Below are positions 61,387-64,000 of a stretch of DNA of 64,000 nucleotides, piece by piece. The position numbers were made by a program, and so were the translations under genes. The notes beneath the pieces were generated by a model. It was not told where the DNA came from and ran no database searches. It saw only the letters and a list, made by a program, of their open reading frames with translations. The stretch is from an uncultured Phycisphaerales bacterium. Lineage in GTDB: Bacteria > Planctomycetota > Phycisphaerae > Sedimentisphaerales > Anaerobacaceae. Location: positions 480,001-544,000 of the forward strand of contig CAVYYI010000003.1 in the NCBI GenBank assembly GCA_963772725.1, in the 5' to 3' direction. How positions within the stretch are numbered: the first letter of the stretch is position 1; every line of letters begins with the position of its first letter.

Positions 61387-63636
61387 ATGTCAAAGGGAAT
61401 TGAAAAAAGTGCGGCAATTCACAAATACTTCTGGGCGGCGGCCCTGTTTCTGCTTCTGTTCGCCTTTTTTACCCCATTGCAGGCGGCAACAACATCTCAC
61501 GCCGCTGAAGCAGCAGCGCAAAGTCTCATCTGCTGTCGTTATCTCCTATCGACATGGTGATTGTTGTGCTTTATTTTGTGGTGGTGATTGCAATCGGCTT
61601 TTACCTGAAAAAATACGCCAGCACAGGCGAGGACTTTTTCATGGCGGGCCGCAAAATGACCGCATGGATTGCTGGCCTGAGTTTCATTTCCGCAAATCTT
61701 AGCTCGCTGGAAACGATGGGCTGGTCGGCAATGGCATATCAATACGGTATGCTCGGCGCACACGCTTATCTGATCGGCGCGATTCCGGCCATTCTGTTTC
61801 TGGCGATTGTTATGATGCCCTTCTATTATATATGCAGAACGCACTCCGTACCCGGTTACCTGAAACTGCGATATGGCGAAGGCGCACGTGCGCTGGCAGG
61901 AATATCATTTACATTTCTGACCGTAATGGTCAGCGGCGCAAGCATGTTCGCCATGGCAAAAATTCTCAACCTGCTGCTTGGCTGGGATATGAACGTAAGC
62001 ATCTGGGTCTCATCCATCACAGTTGCCATTTATGTCTTTCTCGGCGGACTGCTCTCGGCGGTGTTTAACGAAGTGCTTGCAATTCTTCCTCATCTGGCTG
62101 GGAACGCTGTTGATTCCAATACTTGGCATTATCCACGCGGGCGGATGGCACAAAATGCTCGCAACCGTCCAGAAGAACGCTGCGATTGTTCATCCCACCG
62201 TTCAGAACGCCGATTTCACAAGCCTGTGGCGTAACCTCGGCTCATTCGATACAAACCCAATGGGCATCGACTGGTTCGGTATGGTTTTCGGACTTGGTCT
62301 GGCGGTAAGTTTCGGTTACTGGTGCACCGACTTTTTGCAGGTTCAGCGTGTTATTGTCGCCAAAGACCTGCGCTCCGCACAGAACGGCACAGTCATCGGC
62401 GCGGTACTCAAAATGCTTGTGCCTATTATCGTAACAATTCCCGGTCTGCTCGGCCTGGCGGTCCTGCTCAATCCTGACGGTACTCCGATGATTCTCGTGC
62501 CGGAAAGCGACCCGCGTGCCAATATCACCTGTCGCACATTCAATGATGTTCTTCCGTTGCTGATGGGCCAATATCTCGGGCCGGGACTGCTCGGCCTTGG
62601 TGTAACCGCGATGATAGCCGGCTTTATGTCCGGTATGGCAGGCAACGTCAGCGCATTTGCAACGGTATGGACCTATGACGTTTACAAACCGCTGATCAAC
62701 AAAAACGCCAGCGACAAACATTACCTGACTATGGGCAGGTGGTGCTCGGTTCTCGGCGTGCTGATATCAATCGCTACCGCTTACGCACTGTTCTATTTCT
62801 CCAACATCCTCGAGTTTCTGCAGGTGCTGGTGTTCTTCTTCATTGTTCCGCTGTTCGGCACGATCATTCTCGGAATGTTGTGGAAGCGTGCCACTCCCGC
62901 GGGCGGCTTCTGGGGCTTCCTCACCGCTATACTCGTTTCAATGAGTATGTGGGTTTACGTCCACACTTTCCCGGAAGGCTCCAAGCCCCATCCCACGATT
63001 CTCGTTGGCGATAACGCGCGTGGTATCGTAGTCAAAGAGCCGACAAAGCGACAAGATTTCGCAGGTGATTGTCGAGAGCGGCCAAATCAAAACCACAAAT
63101 GTCGATATCCGCTCGAACCAGGCAAAGACGCCGTATGCTGCGGGCCAATATACCGTCCCGCAGACAGCCATAACTTTGTCCGGTATCCAAAGTGAGGGAA
63201 AAGCCGCTAAAAATGTAGAGTCCTCGTCCCGGACGCTGTTTATGCTGATACAAAAGCAATCACGCAAAATTCGGCGTAGAAGGCATTCCGCTCGTGCTAA
63301 AACCCGGCGTAACAATTCAGGCCTCCTACATGTCCAAAAAATTTGACGCCGCGGCATTCAATCCCGCCCACACCAAATATATCGCCCGCTCGGAAAAGGC
63401 CAAACCGATGGCTGTCAATATGTACAGCGGTTTCTGGTCACTGGTGGTTTGCCTGTTGGTTACGTTCGTGGTCAGTCTGTTCACCAAACCAAAACCAGAT
63501 GCCGAACTCAAAGACCTTGTTTACGGCTTTACGGTTATTCCGCGACCAGGGACACTGCCCGTGGTACGACAGCCCGAAATTCTGGGCGGCGGTCGTCTTT
63601 ATCGCCCTGGTTACTATCAACATAATCTTCTGGTAA
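61387..63636 (+). CDS. Sodium:solute symporter family protein (several frame changes)
   Basis: AGGAG RBS; DFFMAGR, FGYWCTDFLQVQR, AGFMSGMAGNVSAFATVWTYDVY and LGMLWKR, spread over consecutive ORFs. Confidence 0.9.
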
Positions 63637-63645
63637 GGAGATAAT

Positions 63646-63872
63646 ATGCATCAGGAACATCAAATCCCTATTTGGTTCTTTATCGGCACGCTGCTGCTTG
63701 TTTATGGCTTGCTGATACTCGGTTCAGGCATTTACAATCTCATCAAACCGCCCGAACATCCTTTGGTGTCGCGAATCTTCACGCTGATGTCTGGTGGGGA
63801 GCCTTGCTTTTAGTAGTCGGCCTGGTTTATACCATTAAGTTTTGGCCTTCAAAAGACGATGCTTCTCATTAA
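63646..63872 (+). CDS. Small 2-TM protein coupled to the symporter (frame change near 63770)
   Basis: AGGAG RBS; MHQEHQIPIWFFIGTLLLVYGLLILGSG joins NLHADVWWGALLLVVGLVYTIKFWP. Confidence 0.7.
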
Positions 63873-64000
63873 TCTTTGTTCAGACCTCGCGGAAAGCTTA
63901 AATTCTTTCGGCGGATGCCTTCAAAGAAATCTCTACTGTTTCAGGGATTTACTTGAAAGTATCCGCCATATCTTATATTATGAATATATGCTATACTGAT

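Overview
Bacterial chromosomal window, most consistent with a Planctomycetota (Phycisphaerae-like) genome. This is inferred from a TPR-(alpha-CTD)2 gene near dnaA, an OmcB-like DUF11 protein, DUF1080 and Tat Gfo/Idh/MocA genes, ECF/anti-sigma pairs and a giant BlaR1/M56 protein. The backbone is housekeeping: murA, murD, pyrF, yggS, hemL, folC, galE, dnaA, tgt-yajC-secDF, ispD, aqpZ, mscL. About 16 genes, several essential, are split by small frame changes. That points to uncorrected long-read indels, not pseudogenisation, so they are listed as joined CDSs. Features missing from the ORF track: a 6S-RNA-like gene with promoter and terminator (25544-25742, minus), a 177-bp MITE with 17-bp TIRs and a 7-bp target duplication, the ends of an intact ISAs1 element (22-bp TIRs, 10-bp TSD), a BlaI-type operator, a 53-aa Cys/His microprotein behind a consensus promoter, and an 81-bp x2 repeat array. 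The best candidate for an undescribed system is the ~9-kb AT-rich block between dnaA and the TPR-alpha-CTD gene. It holds two Fn3 paralogues facing an operon of exported TPR protein, 59-Cys repeat protein, exported Fn3/jelly-roll protein and a DsbA-DUF1573 fusion. All family assignments come from motif recognition by eye; no searches were run.
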